DNA of 64,000 nucleotides from Deltaproteobacteria bacterium TL4 (GTDB taxonomy: Bacteria; SAR324; NAC60-12): contig JBBCAX010000033.1 in assembly GCA_051382335.1 (NCBI GenBank), positions 49,123 through 113,122 of the forward strand, given 5' to 3'. This document shows, piece after piece, positions 30,475 through 41,200 of this stretch. The notes under the pieces are model-generated. The model saw only the letters and a program-made list of their open reading frames with translations. It made no database searches and was not told where the DNA came from. The stretch's first letter is position 1, and each line of letters opens with the position of its first letter. The position numbers and the translations under genes were made by a program.

Positions 30475-30891
30475 TTATAAAACCACTTCTGCCAAGCAAG
30501 GCAGTTCCTCTGGTTCATAGACATCGTTTTGCAGGGGTTGGAAGATCCATAAGTGCAAACCCTGTCTGATATTGGCAAGAGCATGAAACTGCGCAGCAAA
30601 TCCCAGCCCATTGGGCTTGCGTACTTGAATCTTTCCAATTTGATGACCTTCCTCTAAAAGAGCTTCCCACGTTTCCTGGACTTCCTGTTTATTTTCTTTG
30701 AAGATAAAGTTTTCCAACTTCAACTCCAAAAGATACTCTCTGGAAACTCCTAATAATGTAAAGGCTTCTGGATTAGCATCAACAATATTTTTTTCATCAT
30801 CCAGCAGTAAAACAGCATCATGGGGAGAGATAAAGAAAGTTCGGCCGTGTTCTTCGGCACTAAATTCAATTTCTAAGACGGCCGTTCTCAT
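30475..30891 (-). CDS. PAS domain protein (same frame as the downstream kinase, separated by one TAA)
   Basis: 138 aa. The PAS fold is DAVLLLDDEKNIVDANPEAFTLLGVSREYLLELKLENF. Its stop (minus-strand TAA; plus-strand TTA at 30475-30477) is only 3 codons upstream of the kinase ATG, in the same frame. Confidence 0.6.
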   Translation of the reverse strand: MRTAVLEIEFSAEEHGRTFFISPHDAVLLLDDEKNIVDANPEAFTLLGVSREYLLELKLENFIFKENKQEVQETWEALLEEGHQIGKIQVRKPNGLGFAAQFHALANIRQGLHLWIFQPLQNDVYEPEELPCLAEVVL

Positions 30892-30905
30892 ACGCCGCGT
30901 TCTCC

Positions 30906-30967
30906 ATAAATAGTTATTCGAGGGACATTTCCCTTGATAAATAGTTATTCGAGGGACATTTCCCTTG
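30906..30967. repeat. perfect 31-bp tandem direct duplication (ATAAATAGTTATTCGAGGGACATTTCCCTTG x2)
   Basis: Read directly from the sequence. It lies between the response-regulator gene and the PAS/kinase genes on the same strand. Confidence 0.9.
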
Positions 30968-31111
30968 TGAATTTTGAGTTAAACCCATGCAATTCAGAAT
31001 TCACATTCTTATATAGAAAGTCAAACGTATCATAAATAGAAACAAATGAATATTCGCTATTTACTCGTAAATTACTACGAAGAATCTACGTATATTTTCA
31101 GAACAGAAATA

Positions 31112-31846
31112 CTATTTATTGGTGTTCAATATTGCATAACGAAGAAGTTGATTGCTGCTCGAGAATTTTAGTTTTTTCATAATATTCGAACGATGCGTTT
31201 CAGCGGTTCGCGTACTGATACTTAATTGAGTAGCAATATCTTTTATGGAGTATCCAAGGGCAATGAGTTCAAAAATTTCTGTTTCGCGTGAAGTTAAGGA
31301 CTGCAAAGAGTGATGTTCTCTTTGAGTACGAACCTCATATTGCTCCAAAAGTTCTTCAACTTTGTTGGATATGTATGCATCCAAATTTTCCTGGAGCGTT
31401 TCTTTTTTTTCCAGGTATTTTATTTCTTTGTCCTTATAAAGAGCCATTTCAATCGTTGCCTGCAATTCTTCTGTTTTTACAGGTTTTACCAAGTATCCAA
31501 AGGGGGAGGTCAATTTGGCTCGGTCTAACAACTCAGGACTGGTATAGGCGGTCAGGTAAATGATTGGAATTTTAAATTGAGAATGTAAATAATTTGCGGT
31601 TTCAATTCCATCCATCTCTCCTTCCAAAGCAATGTCCATCAAAATTAAATCTGGACGACTTGTCATCGTTTTCTGAATAGCCAACTCACCCGATTTTGCA
31701 ACATCAACTATGTGATACCCTAACCATTTTAACTCATTTTTTAAGCTCAGAGCTAAAACGCCTTCATCTTCCACAATCAAAATACTTGCTTCGACTGGTT
31801 TTTTCGGGTTTTCTGAGAACAGTTCCACTACATTTTCATTCGGCAT
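31112..31846 (-). CDS. two-component response regulator, receiver + LuxR/FixJ-type HTH
   Basis: The receiver is LIVEDEGV...LILMDIAL...YLTAY (D, D and K positions present). The C-terminal LuxR HTH is LTSRETEIFELIALGYSIKDIATQLSISTRTAETHRSNIMKKL. Confidence 0.85.
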   Translation of the reverse strand: MPNENVVELFSENPKKPVEASILIVEDEGVLALSLKNELKWLGYHIVDVAKSGELAIQKTMTSRPDLILMDIALEGEMDGIETANYLHSQFKIPIIYLTAYTSPELLDRAKLTSPFGYLVKPVKTEELQATIEMALYKDKEIKYLEKKETLQENLDAYISNKVEELLEQYEVRTQREHHSLQSLTSRETEIFELIALGYSIKDIATQLSISTRTAETHRSNIMKKLKFSSSNQLLRYAILNTNK

Positions 31847-32130
31847 AAAATTCTGTTGGTCTCTACAAATTACGGAGGTGTTATAAAAGGTACCCTTTTG
31901 TTATAAGAGCAGGAGGAGCGAAACATAACTTTCCTCCAAAAGGACATCATGGAATCAATAGATACCGAATTAAATGTATTTTGTCCATGCCCAAAAAGGG
32001 GGCAAGTCTTGATTTGAGTTTGTTTGACGAGTGCAACCGTTAGATTTCGTAGTAAAAATCGCCATTTTTATCCTAATCCGGAGAAAAAAAAGGCAAGGCC
32101 ATTGAGAACGGAACAGGAAAGGGGTATCCT

Positions 32131-35100
32131 TTAGGAAAGAGTGTGGATGCTGTTTTTTTGTTGGCAATGTTCCATAAATTTTTTAAAACAGAGATTGCTT
32201 TTTAAAGCTTCTTCGGAGTGTGCGATGTTGTAAAAAAAGACAGAGCTTCCCACGACGACAAGTTTCTTTTTCGCTCGTGTGATCACCACGTTAAAACGGT
32301 TGGGATTGTTAAGAAATTCCCCTTCAATCTGATCCAAATCTGATACGGTAAAGCCAAACAAAATCACGTCTCGTTCCGCGCCTTGGATCCGCTCAACCGT
32401 ATCAATCAAAGGTCTCTGGAAATGATGCTCCTCCATCAGGGGTTGAAGTTTTTCAAGGATTGCATTGTTTTGTGCCCGATGGGGGGTGATGATTGCGATT
32501 TGCTCAGGAGATACCTCATATTCCATGATTAAGGTTTTCGTAAACTCTACCAGCAGTTCCATTTCCGGAACACATTTTTGCCCAGACCCCCTGTGATCCA
32601 GTAAAACCAAACTCACCGGTTGAGCCGGGTTTAAAATGGGACCGTAGGGGTCCGTCAGTTGAAATCGGGATAGTTTCAAACGTGAATTCTGATTAGAGAG
32701 GTGAGGATACAAGGCTCCCTCATACCAGGTCTGACTTGGAAACTCACAGAGTTCTTTATTCATCCGATAAGTCACATTTAAGCGTGATTGGAGGGGCGCA
32801 TCATAGTGTTTCATCAAATGGGCCAGGATGGAGTCTTTTAGATACACTTGCTCTTTTTCTGCGTCATATCTTCCTATTACAATCGGTGGTAATTGATTCA
32901 CATCTCCAAGGAACAGAAAATTACCTTTACCGTACAGCAAACTCAATAACGCTTGAGGGACTAGAACCTGTGAGGCTTCATCAAAAATAACCCAGTCAAA
33001 CACAGGGGGGAAATCTCCGTCTTTTCCTTCAAATAACTGATAAAGTCCAAAACCTGTTGCTCCCAAAATGGCGTAAGGGTGTTCTGCTAATTCGTTGACA
33101 TCGTTCAGTAGTTGTACGGTTCTGTCACCGAACGGCTGAGGGGAATCTTCACTCCAACGTCCCCATTTAAAGCAAGGCGCGGGAAATTCCCGCAGCGAAT
33201 GTTGATTGAGGAGTTGAAGAACCTTTCGCAGAACCTGGTCAATAGCCTGATGAGTAAGAGCACTGACCACGATACGCATGGGGCGATTGTTTTGCTGGGC
33301 ATGCAGAACCAACGCAATTAAAATCCATCCCAAAAGGTGTGTTTTCCCAGTTCCAGGAGGTCCTTCAATCAAACTCAAACGATATTGAAAGGCTTGTTTT
33401 AAGGCTTGTTGTTGCGTCTCATTGAGTCCTGAAATCTGACTAAATCTCTTCAACCATTGTTCTGCCCAGGTTAAAGCGTCTTCATCCTGCTTGAAAGACC
33501 ATCCTCCAGATAATAAATGAAACAAGGGGTGATTGTGATCCTCTGACAAAACGATTTGTACTCCATGAAATAATTTATTCGTATTCCAATCCGTTAGATC
33601 TTCTTCCAGGGAATAACCCGCGTTTTTATTTAAGTTTATTTTTCCTTGACGAGACCGTAAGCAAATCTGATTTTGACTTCGATCATAATTTTCAAGAATG
33701 ACGGGTATTCCCTTTTGAAGATCACTCAAGGAAAGAGGCGCGAGTTTGAGAAAATCCCCTTCTCGAAACTTGGAACTCCTGTTGGGGCCCTTGATCCTGA
33801 AGAGGTACAAAAACCGTCCTTCCTCATCAAGGACCATTTTCTCGAACTCTAATGGTCCGAGAGAACGGAACCGTTCAACACGTTCTTGAAATGAAAGTTT
33901 CTGTAATTGCAAGATATCGTCTTCCCGTAAACGTTTTTCATTCTCAATAAAATTCAGGTAGGCGTCTTTGAGTCCCCTCGTTGGATCAAGGTTCGGAGAA
34001 GAATCCTGCTGATTCCATTCACTGCGCAGATGTGGCGATAACCACTTCCAGACGGCCAACAGCACCTGGAGGCGTTGTTTCAACGTTACTTCCATTGCCT
34101 GACGTGTTTTCTCGTCAGGATCGTTCGCTATTGAGCCATTCGACCATGAGTCTTGATGGAACAGGCTCTCCGGAGGAAGTTGATTGAGCGAAATTCCTGT
34201 AACTCGACTCAAGGCGTACAGGGTCATTTCCCCTGGAATCGGGAAGTCAAAATGGGAAAAAATGAGGTGTGAAAGAGAGGTACTGTGCTGGCGTTGAGGA
34301 TTCCACAGGAAAGACAACTCGGAATCCACAAAAATGTTTTGGAACGATAACCAATCGCTTTCTCTAAAATAGAAAAGATGAGGGGTCTGTCCCTCAGATC
34401 TTCCCTTGTCCCACACCTTGATCAATTGAGGAATAAAGGTTTTTCGAAAGTGAGAAGACTGTTCTTCATCGAAAAACAACCAGGTTTGATTCTGGAGAAC
34501 CGTTCCCGTATTATCGGTCACACACCACCCCAAACCACAACTTTTTCTGGAAAGAGGGTCTTCTAAAGTCTGAATGAAAAGGCTCAACGACAGATTGGCG
34601 GGAAAGAGACGAGTTACCGGTTCCCTCAAATAAAATTGCCCGGTTTGTAACGATTTTGTTTTTGCCATCAACCGTTCACGCTGGTTGGGTGACAAGCCAT
34701 CATCAATGGAGTCAGAGGTTTGTTCCTTTGAAAAATAGGACTCCACTTGCGTCAAGGAATGCAAGTGCTGAAGTCTGATTTTTTCCAAAATACCTGCGGT
34801 GATTCCTGGCAAAAACAGAATCTCTTGCTCCCCTAAGGAGTGATGATAACAATAATCGAACCAAGGACATGACGTACAAGGAACCTCCAAACGATAGGGC
34901 GCTTTTTGCGGAAGTTGCAACAGCGTATTCCGAATGTTTTCCCAAAGCGCGGGGAATGAGGCCCAAAAGGGGGCAAGCTCGAATTCATGGAGGATCGCTT
35001 CACTTCCAGACTCTTGGGAAGGGGTCATTAAAAACCCTGTAGAGGAAATTTGCAGGGGTTCGGAAAAGACCCCTCGCGCGTTGAGTTCTCGCATGAGAAA

Positions 35101-37989
35101 GGAGTAAAACCCTACTTGCCATTTTTGACTGTATTGAGGGGTTTGGCTCCTTTTGATATCCCCAATTTGCAAAACGGGCAGGTTTTCTTTCATCGTAAGT
35201 TGAATCAAATCAGGGATTCCAACTCCGTCCAGCCGTAATGCAGGGTGAACGCTCAACAAGGACGGAAGTAACATCACCGCATGTGAGAGTATGAACGTTT
35301 GAGAGGGTTCCTGCCGGATTTGTTGGATGCAATGTCTTAGGTATTTCAGCGAGGCTTGAAATCGTTCTTCCAGGGACATCCTCTCTCCTGAGGAGTGATA
35401 CTCTTCAATGGTGACCATTTGATCGCAATCGCTTTTCAAATGTTCCAAAACGTTTTGCTCAAATTGCTTCCCCAACTCCATGCGGAGTAACTCCAGCTCA
35501 TTATCGACCGGTGTTGATCTCGCGGGAGCCTGTTCCGTTGGTAAAAAGCAAAAGGACAACCACCGCTCACATTGTTGTTTCCGGAAGTAATCACCAATGA
35601 GGGTTCCTGTGATGGAACGGGGACGATAAGCGAAGGTGTCAGGCCACTTAAAAGAACGGTCTTCTTGCGTTTTCCAGCGTTGCTTTTCCTCCTCCAATAG
35701 AAAGGCTGCGGCTGTTTTTTCTTTGAGAGCCACCACGGTTTGATCTTTTTGAGGCTCTTGAATTTTGAGCCAGCCCAATTCACCCGAAACCCCTTCAGAC
35801 GAAGCACTGAGGTATTGATCAAAAGTTGTTGCTAATCGAGCGTCATATAGAAAATCAGTAACTTCATCCAGTAAAACGTCTAACGGTAAAAAAGTAGAAA
35901 ACGCATTAAGTGGAAATAAAGCGCAGAGTATTTTGAGGTGTGGGGCTGCCCAATTCCGAAACGCTTTTTTGCTGGTGGGAAGCGGGAGCCCTTGAAAGTT
36001 AACAAGATGCGAACATTCTATGCCTGTCTCATCTCCGGCAATGCTAAAGTCTTCCTGTTTTGCCAAGGGACTTCCCTCAAGGATCCTTTGCAGAATCATA
36101 TTTCCGATTGCGCCGATAAAGGTGTGATAACGATAAAGTCCGGTGAGACTTCTTCCCAAACGCATTCCATTGGCAAGCGGCAGGGTTTGCTTAAATTGTT
36201 CCCGCTCAATTTCCAACAAACGACGTGTACGGCTAAAGAGTCCCCATTCACTTTCCTCTCCTTTGGTAAGGTCTGATTCCAGAAAGTATTGAATGGCTTG
36301 CGCGACCTCATAAGATACCCGGGATCCTGCTCCCAACCAGAAAATCTCTTTTGAACCGATTTGAGTCGCAGGCAAGGCTAGCACTTTATTTTCTTCACCC
36401 TCAATAATTTCAATAATTTGAAGGCGTTTTCCCGCCAATTGAACACAATCGTTGACTTCCAATTGCTTCACAACCGATTTAGGTAAATCCGCAAGGGATT
36501 CCTTTTCCATTTCCAGGAGGTATTCTTCTTCGGTTTCAGGAAAGTTACTCCAAATTTTCCGCTCCAGATAATAATCACGATAACGCCAACTGCCTTGAAA
36601 TAAACCACGTACTGTTTTTTCACGGATCCATCCTTGTTTGCTCATGTGCGAAAAAATCAAGGGTAACTCCGAGTGTTGGTCAGGAAACAGTTGTTGTAAA
36701 GATTGCAAGGAGAGTTGTTTTTTTTCATAGAGGCAGGAAAGGCTTTGTTGTATCAAAACACTTGGAAGTTGTTTCGTTGAGGGGTGTTCAATCCGCCCCT
36801 CTCTGGCTAATTTCAATAATCCCAGAAAACGCAAAAGTTGTCGCTCCGGTTGGGGGCCCCTACAAATTCCCCAGAAATGAACATTGTTTTGGCGGCGATT
36901 TGCCCGTCCAATGCGCTGCAGAAAATTCATTACAGATTCAGGTGGTTCATAAAGCAGAACGCCATCAACGTTCCCGATATCAATCCCTAATTCCAAGGTA
37001 CTGGTTGCAATACAGAGCGCGTGTGTTCGTTTTCGAAACCGTTCCTCCACGCCTCTTCGTGCTTGGGATTTCAAGTTGGAGTAATGAAGCTCGGTAACGC
37101 CCATGAACGAGCCTGATTGATTCAGAATGGCTAATAAACGGTCACAGGTTCCACGATTATTGGCAAAAATCAGGATTTTTTGATAGCCCCAGGTTTGATA
37201 ACAATCCTCCAAAAGCGCAACCAGCTCTCGTTCATCATTTTTGAGAGAGACGATGTGAGGAATGATATTTCGTTGGGTCAGAGAACAGCATCGAAAAGTA
37301 TTTGGTTGGAAGTTAAAAAAACGGATCACTCCCTCGATATCTTCAATCGTTGCGGAAAGTGCGATTTTTTGCAAAGGACGGTTTATTCGGCATTCCAAAC
37401 GTCTCAGCAGAAAACTGAGTTGTTTCCCCCGGTAGGTTTCGAAAAAGGTATGAACCTCGTCAATAATAACCATCCGGATTTGCTTCGTGTAGGACCGCAT
37501 ATCGGCATTATTGCTGCCAAGAACAACATCCAGCGATTCTGGCGTGGTTAGCAACACATCAGGGTTTCCGCCGCCAGTCCGCTTTACATCACCGGTGCGA
37601 AGTCCGAGAGAAAGCTCCAAACGAGCTAGTGTCGGGGCGAGCCTTCTCTCCAGATCCATTGCCAACGCACGGGTCGGAATGAGGTAAAGAATTTTATTTT
37701 TCTGTTGGGAACAGATGAGTTGTTCCACACAAGGGGCAAGAACCGCCTCTGTTTTGCCGGAACCTGTCGCTGCTTGCAAGATCACATCCCGGCCTTCCAA
37801 CAGGGGGGCAATCACTTCGATTTGAACCGAAGAAAGTTGCGTGAAGGTGCCGTAAAAAGCACGATAAGTATTGGGGAGCAGGAGCAGAGGAGAGGCAAAA
37901 TGGCTCATTAAAATTCGTCTGTAAATAATAACACAACAAGTCGACAGAAATTGGTTGAAGCAAATAGAGGGGTGGCCCGACTTCACCAA
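32131..37989 (-). CDS. 1952-aa tripartite helicase-nuclease-helicase: N-terminal SF2 DExH helicase (Lhr/Hel308-like), central Cas4/Dna2-type PD-(D/E)xK nuclease with 4-Cys FeS motif, C-terminal SF1B (Dna2/Upf1-like) helicase
   Basis: The SF2 part has Walker A AATGSGKT (aa 73-80), DEVH (aa 177-180) and motif VI QRIGRANRR (aa 358-366). The nuclease has C807, D927 (GIPDL), D944-I-K946 and C1038-x2-C1041-x5-C1047. The SF1B part has Walker A GPPGTGKT (aa 1543-1550), VIFDEASQ (aa 1667-1674), the GDVNQLPP motif and VVITRAKKKL near the C-terminus. Confidence 0.8.
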   Translation of the reverse strand: MVKSGHPSICFNQFLSTCCVIIYRRILMSHFASPLLLLPNTYRAFYGTFTQLSSVQIEVIAPLLEGRDVILQAATGSGKTEAVLAPCVEQLICSQQKNKILYLIPTRALAMDLERRLAPTLARLELSLGLRTGDVKRTGGGNPDVLLTTPESLDVVLGSNNADMRSYTKQIRMVIIDEVHTFFETYRGKQLSFLLRRLECRINRPLQKIALSATIEDIEGVIRFFNFQPNTFRCCSLTQRNIIPHIVSLKNDERELVALLEDCYQTWGYQKILIFANNRGTCDRLLAILNQSGSFMGVTELHYSNLKSQARRGVEERFRKRTHALCIATSTLELGIDIGNVDGVLLYEPPESVMNFLQRIGRANRRQNNVHFWGICRGPQPERQLLRFLGLLKLAREGRIEHPSTKQLPSVLIQQSLSCLYEKKQLSLQSLQQLFPDQHSELPLIFSHMSKQGWIREKTVRGLFQGSWRYRDYYLERKIWSNFPETEEEYLLEMEKESLADLPKSVVKQLEVNDCVQLAGKRLQIIEIIEGEENKVLALPATQIGSKEIFWLGAGSRVSYEVAQAIQYFLESDLTKGEESEWGLFSRTRRLLEIEREQFKQTLPLANGMRLGRSLTGLYRYHTFIGAIGNMILQRILEGSPLAKQEDFSIAGDETGIECSHLVNFQGLPLPTSKKAFRNWAAPHLKILCALFPLNAFSTFLPLDVLLDEVTDFLYDARLATTFDQYLSASSEGVSGELGWLKIQEPQKDQTVVALKEKTAAAFLLEEEKQRWKTQEDRSFKWPDTFAYRPRSITGTLIGDYFRKQQCERWLSFCFLPTEQAPARSTPVDNELELLRMELGKQFEQNVLEHLKSDCDQMVTIEEYHSSGERMSLEERFQASLKYLRHCIQQIRQEPSQTFILSHAVMLLPSLLSVHPALRLDGVGIPDLIQLTMKENLPVLQIGDIKRSQTPQYSQKWQVGFYSFLMRELNARGVFSEPLQISSTGFLMTPSQESGSEAILHEFELAPFWASFPALWENIRNTLLQLPQKAPYRLEVPCTSCPWFDYCYHHSLGEQEILFLPGITAGILEKIRLQHLHSLTQVESYFSKEQTSDSIDDGLSPNQRERLMAKTKSLQTGQFYLREPVTRLFPANLSLSLFIQTLEDPLSRKSCGLGWCVTDNTGTVLQNQTWLFFDEEQSSHFRKTFIPQLIKVWDKGRSEGQTPHLFYFRESDWLSFQNIFVDSELSFLWNPQRQHSTSLSHLIFSHFDFPIPGEMTLYALSRVTGISLNQLPPESLFHQDSWSNGSIANDPDEKTRQAMEVTLKQRLQVLLAVWKWLSPHLRSEWNQQDSSPNLDPTRGLKDAYLNFIENEKRLREDDILQLQKLSFQERVERFRSLGPLEFEKMVLDEEGRFLYLFRIKGPNRSSKFREGDFLKLAPLSLSDLQKGIPVILENYDRSQNQICLRSRQGKINLNKNAGYSLEEDLTDWNTNKLFHGVQIVLSEDHNHPLFHLLSGGWSFKQDEDALTWAEQWLKRFSQISGLNETQQQALKQAFQYRLSLIEGPPGTGKTHLLGWILIALVLHAQQNNRPMRIVVSALTHQAIDQVLRKVLQLLNQHSLREFPAPCFKWGRWSEDSPQPFGDRTVQLLNDVNELAEHPYAILGATGFGLYQLFEGKDGDFPPVFDWVIFDEASQVLVPQALLSLLYGKGNFLFLGDVNQLPPIVIGRYDAEKEQVYLKDSILAHLMKHYDAPLQSRLNVTYRMNKELCEFPSQTWYEGALYPHLSNQNSRLKLSRFQLTDPYGPILNPAQPVSLVLLDHRGSGQKCVPEMELLVEFTKTLIMEYEVSPEQIAIITPHRAQNNAILEKLQPLMEEHHFQRPLIDTVERIQGAERDVILFGFTVSDLDQIEGEFLNNPNRFNVVITRAKKKLVVVGSSVFFYNIAHSEEALKSNLCFKKFMEHCQQKNSIHTLS

Positions 37990-38289
37990 CTTTTATTCCA
38001 GCACCCTTTAAAGTCAAGGTATAAGCGTGGCACAAGAGGTCAATCACTCTCTTCGGATCAAAAACTGGTCATTACGTGATCGCTTATATTGTGGACTGCT
38101 GACACCATTTTTTCGACTCATTGGAAACAAATTTTTCACACCCTTTTCCTTTCCTGAAAAAAAAAAACTAAAAAAGTGTCAGAAAATTCTTTTTTTTACT
38201 TCCTTTTCTGAAAATTTTGAGATAAATGGCTTTATATGAGATGAGATTTTTAACTTAGGGGAGTTATTTACTTTATTTAAAAAATAGGA

Positions 38290-41200
38290 ATGGTCATTAT
38301 GGAAAGATTTTTCGTAAAAATCGTACTAATTCTACTCAGTTTGCTAATCCCTCTTTGGTTTGTTGCTTGTGAGGGCAAAAAGAATGACTCGACAGATCCC
38401 AAAAATGCTGCTGAGGCGACTGGTGTCATTACTGGGATTATCAAAGATACCTCGACGAATAAACCCCTGAAAGGTGTCGTGATCTCTGCGGTGGCTGGAG
38501 AGGCTACTTTTACCGCGGAATCTGCCATCGATGGTAGCTTTATTCTGGAAATAAAACCGGTTCAAAGGACGGATGGTTATGATGTTCAGTTTTCCAAAGA
38601 GGGGTATGAAGCGGCTACAAAATCTGCGGTTTTCGATCTGCCAAATTTGCGGGTGGAGTTGGGAACGGTACTCTTGACTCCGGTCAGCACTGAGAAGACT
38701 CCCTCTGGCAAAATTATTGGTCTTGTCAAGGATTCAGCTACCATTAAAGGTATAGCTGGAGTCAAAGTCTCCGTAGATGTTAAAGGGACCATCGTCACTA
38801 CCGATACTGACTTAACGGGTGCCTTCACACTAGAGGTGAAGGGAGCACAGGCAGGAGAAGGTTATAGTGTGCAATTCTCAAAAGATGGATATCAGAATGC
38901 GACAAGAGCCGCCAGCTTTGATCAAAAATTGGAAGTGGATTTGGACGTTGTTTCTCTAACCCCGTCCACAACAAGTGTCACTTCAGGGGGTACCACTTCA
39001 GGGGGTACCACTTCAGGAGGGACTACTTCAGGAGGGACTACTTCAGGGGGGACTACTTCAGGGGGGACTACTTCAGGAGGGACTACTTCAGGAGGGACCA
39101 CTTCAGGGGGGACTACTTCAGGAGGGACTACTTCAGGAGGAGACGCTTCGGAAGATGTCATCGAACCCACAATCAAGACAGGTGTGATCCAGGGGACAAT
39201 TAAGGATAACTCGGGTAGTCCACTGAAAGAGGTACAAATATTTTTAAGTATTGGAACTTCCACACTTAATATGAAATCGGGAGTCGATGGTACTTTTTCC
39301 ATGAGTGTTGAAGGCGTTCAAGAAAATGAAAATTACAAAATTGCCTTTAGTAAAGAAGGCTATGAAAAAAATTCACAGGTGATCAGTTTTGATACCTCCG
39401 ATTTGAAAGTCGACATGGCAACGGTTTCCTTGACTAACGAGGATATCACACCTGTAGAAACGCACGCAGGTCAACTGACCGGGATTGTTAAAGATGTTGT
39501 TTCTGGAAATCCCCTGGAAGGGGCAAAAATATATGTATTTGTCAATGATCTCTATTACGCTGCGTCGGGAGTTGATGGCGCGTTCGCACTGGAATTAAAT
39601 GGAATCCAGGATGCCGCGGCTTCTGCGATTCTGATTAAAAAAACAGGATATCAAGACTTCAGTAATACGATCCTTTTTGCCTCACCCACTTATAATTTGG
39701 AAATGGGAGTTGTTTCCTTATCTCCAGTTCAGGTGGTAGCCGAAAAGAAAATTGTGGGTACGGTCATTGACAGTTTTTCCGCTTCCGGTTTGGCCAATGT
39801 CTTGGTAACCGTTCAAGATTCAAAGTCAGCAACCAAGACGGCTCTTACCAACGAGAATGGGGAATTCAGTATTTCTGGAAAAGATTTTTATCTGGAGAGT
39901 TCTTATACACTGAGTCTGACCAAAACCAATTATGTCGAACGTTCTGATGTCAGCGTAACGATCAGCGGGGATACAAACCTCATTGATAAAAGTATTGTTC
40001 GACTTTATAAGCAAGCTGGAAAAATTAGTGGCGATATCAAGGATGAGGCTACAGGTACTCCTCTAAAAGATACGGTTGTAACCGCTACGGACAGCCTGGG
40101 CGCTGAAGTCTCGGCAACGACAGACGCACAGGGGCACTTCACACTGGCAAGCGATTACTTCCTTTTGGGAGAAACTTATCAGGTTGTTGTTTCCGGAGGT
40201 TCTGATTTTCACCCTACGCAAACCAGTGTTAAGATTTCTACAACGTCGGATCAATCGCCGAATCTCATTAGTGAGGTTACGCTTTTGAAACCTGTCAGTG
40301 TATCCGGAATCGTCAAAGACACTAACGGAAATCCCATTTCTAATCTTAAGGTAACTGTTGAGGGACTTCCGGATGAGGTCATCACGGATGGTGAGGGCAA
40401 GTTCACGCTTTCTGGGACAAGCTATCTGAGAAACACGGCCTATAAACTGACATTTACGAAAGAAGGTTATACTTCTGAAACAGTAACCTCCTCACTCCTT
40501 GGTACTGGGGTAAACATCATGGGTGATATCCAACTTGCGGCTGAAGTCACAACGCCTCCCGTGGAACAACCCTCTTCTGGCTGGAGGAGCCTTTCCGGAA
40601 AAGTCGTTGATTACTGGAAAGATGCGATAGGTTTGAGTCCGACCGCGCTTCAGGATGCCACTGTGAAAGTGACAGACGATGGCACTGCCATCCGTTCTGA
40701 TCTAACCGATGCGAATGGAAGTTTTGAAATCAGTGGAAATTTTACTGTCGCAAAAAATTATACGCTGACTATTAGCAAAAGTGGTTTTACCGGAACTCAG
40801 GAAATGGAGCTAAAATCGGAGGTAACAATGGGCAACGCTCCTTATACATCAGGAACATTCGCCCTCTATCCTCTTGGTGTGTTTACTAAACTCAAACGAT
40901 CCACGGATAGTAGTTCAACTGAACTCAATTTGAATCAACAGTTGAAACAGACTTATGAAAAATTTCTCACCGGCAAAACAGGTTTTACCTTATCGGCCCG
41001 GGATGATAACGATCTGAATAAGGCCAACACCTTCTATATCCATCTGGATGACAGTTCTTTTCCCTCTTCATTACCCAGTGGTTTGGGCAAGCATTCCAAT
41101 TACCTGGCAGTGGGCGGAGCCCAGAAAAAAGGTGCCTTGACGGAAGGCCTCGGCAGTGACTCCCGAATTACAAATACTCAATGGGAAGGAACTACCACAA

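Noticed and set aside
38015-38040. TGGCAC hexamers (also at 56536-56541) as possible sigma-54 -24 elements
   Set aside because: Neither has the TTGC(A/T) -12 element at the required spacing.
38984-39141. Regular 15-bp periodic array that could superficially look like a CRISPR-like repeat array
   Set aside because: The units are contiguous with no spacers and lie in frame inside a long ORF, encoding (GGTTS)n. No cas genes are present.
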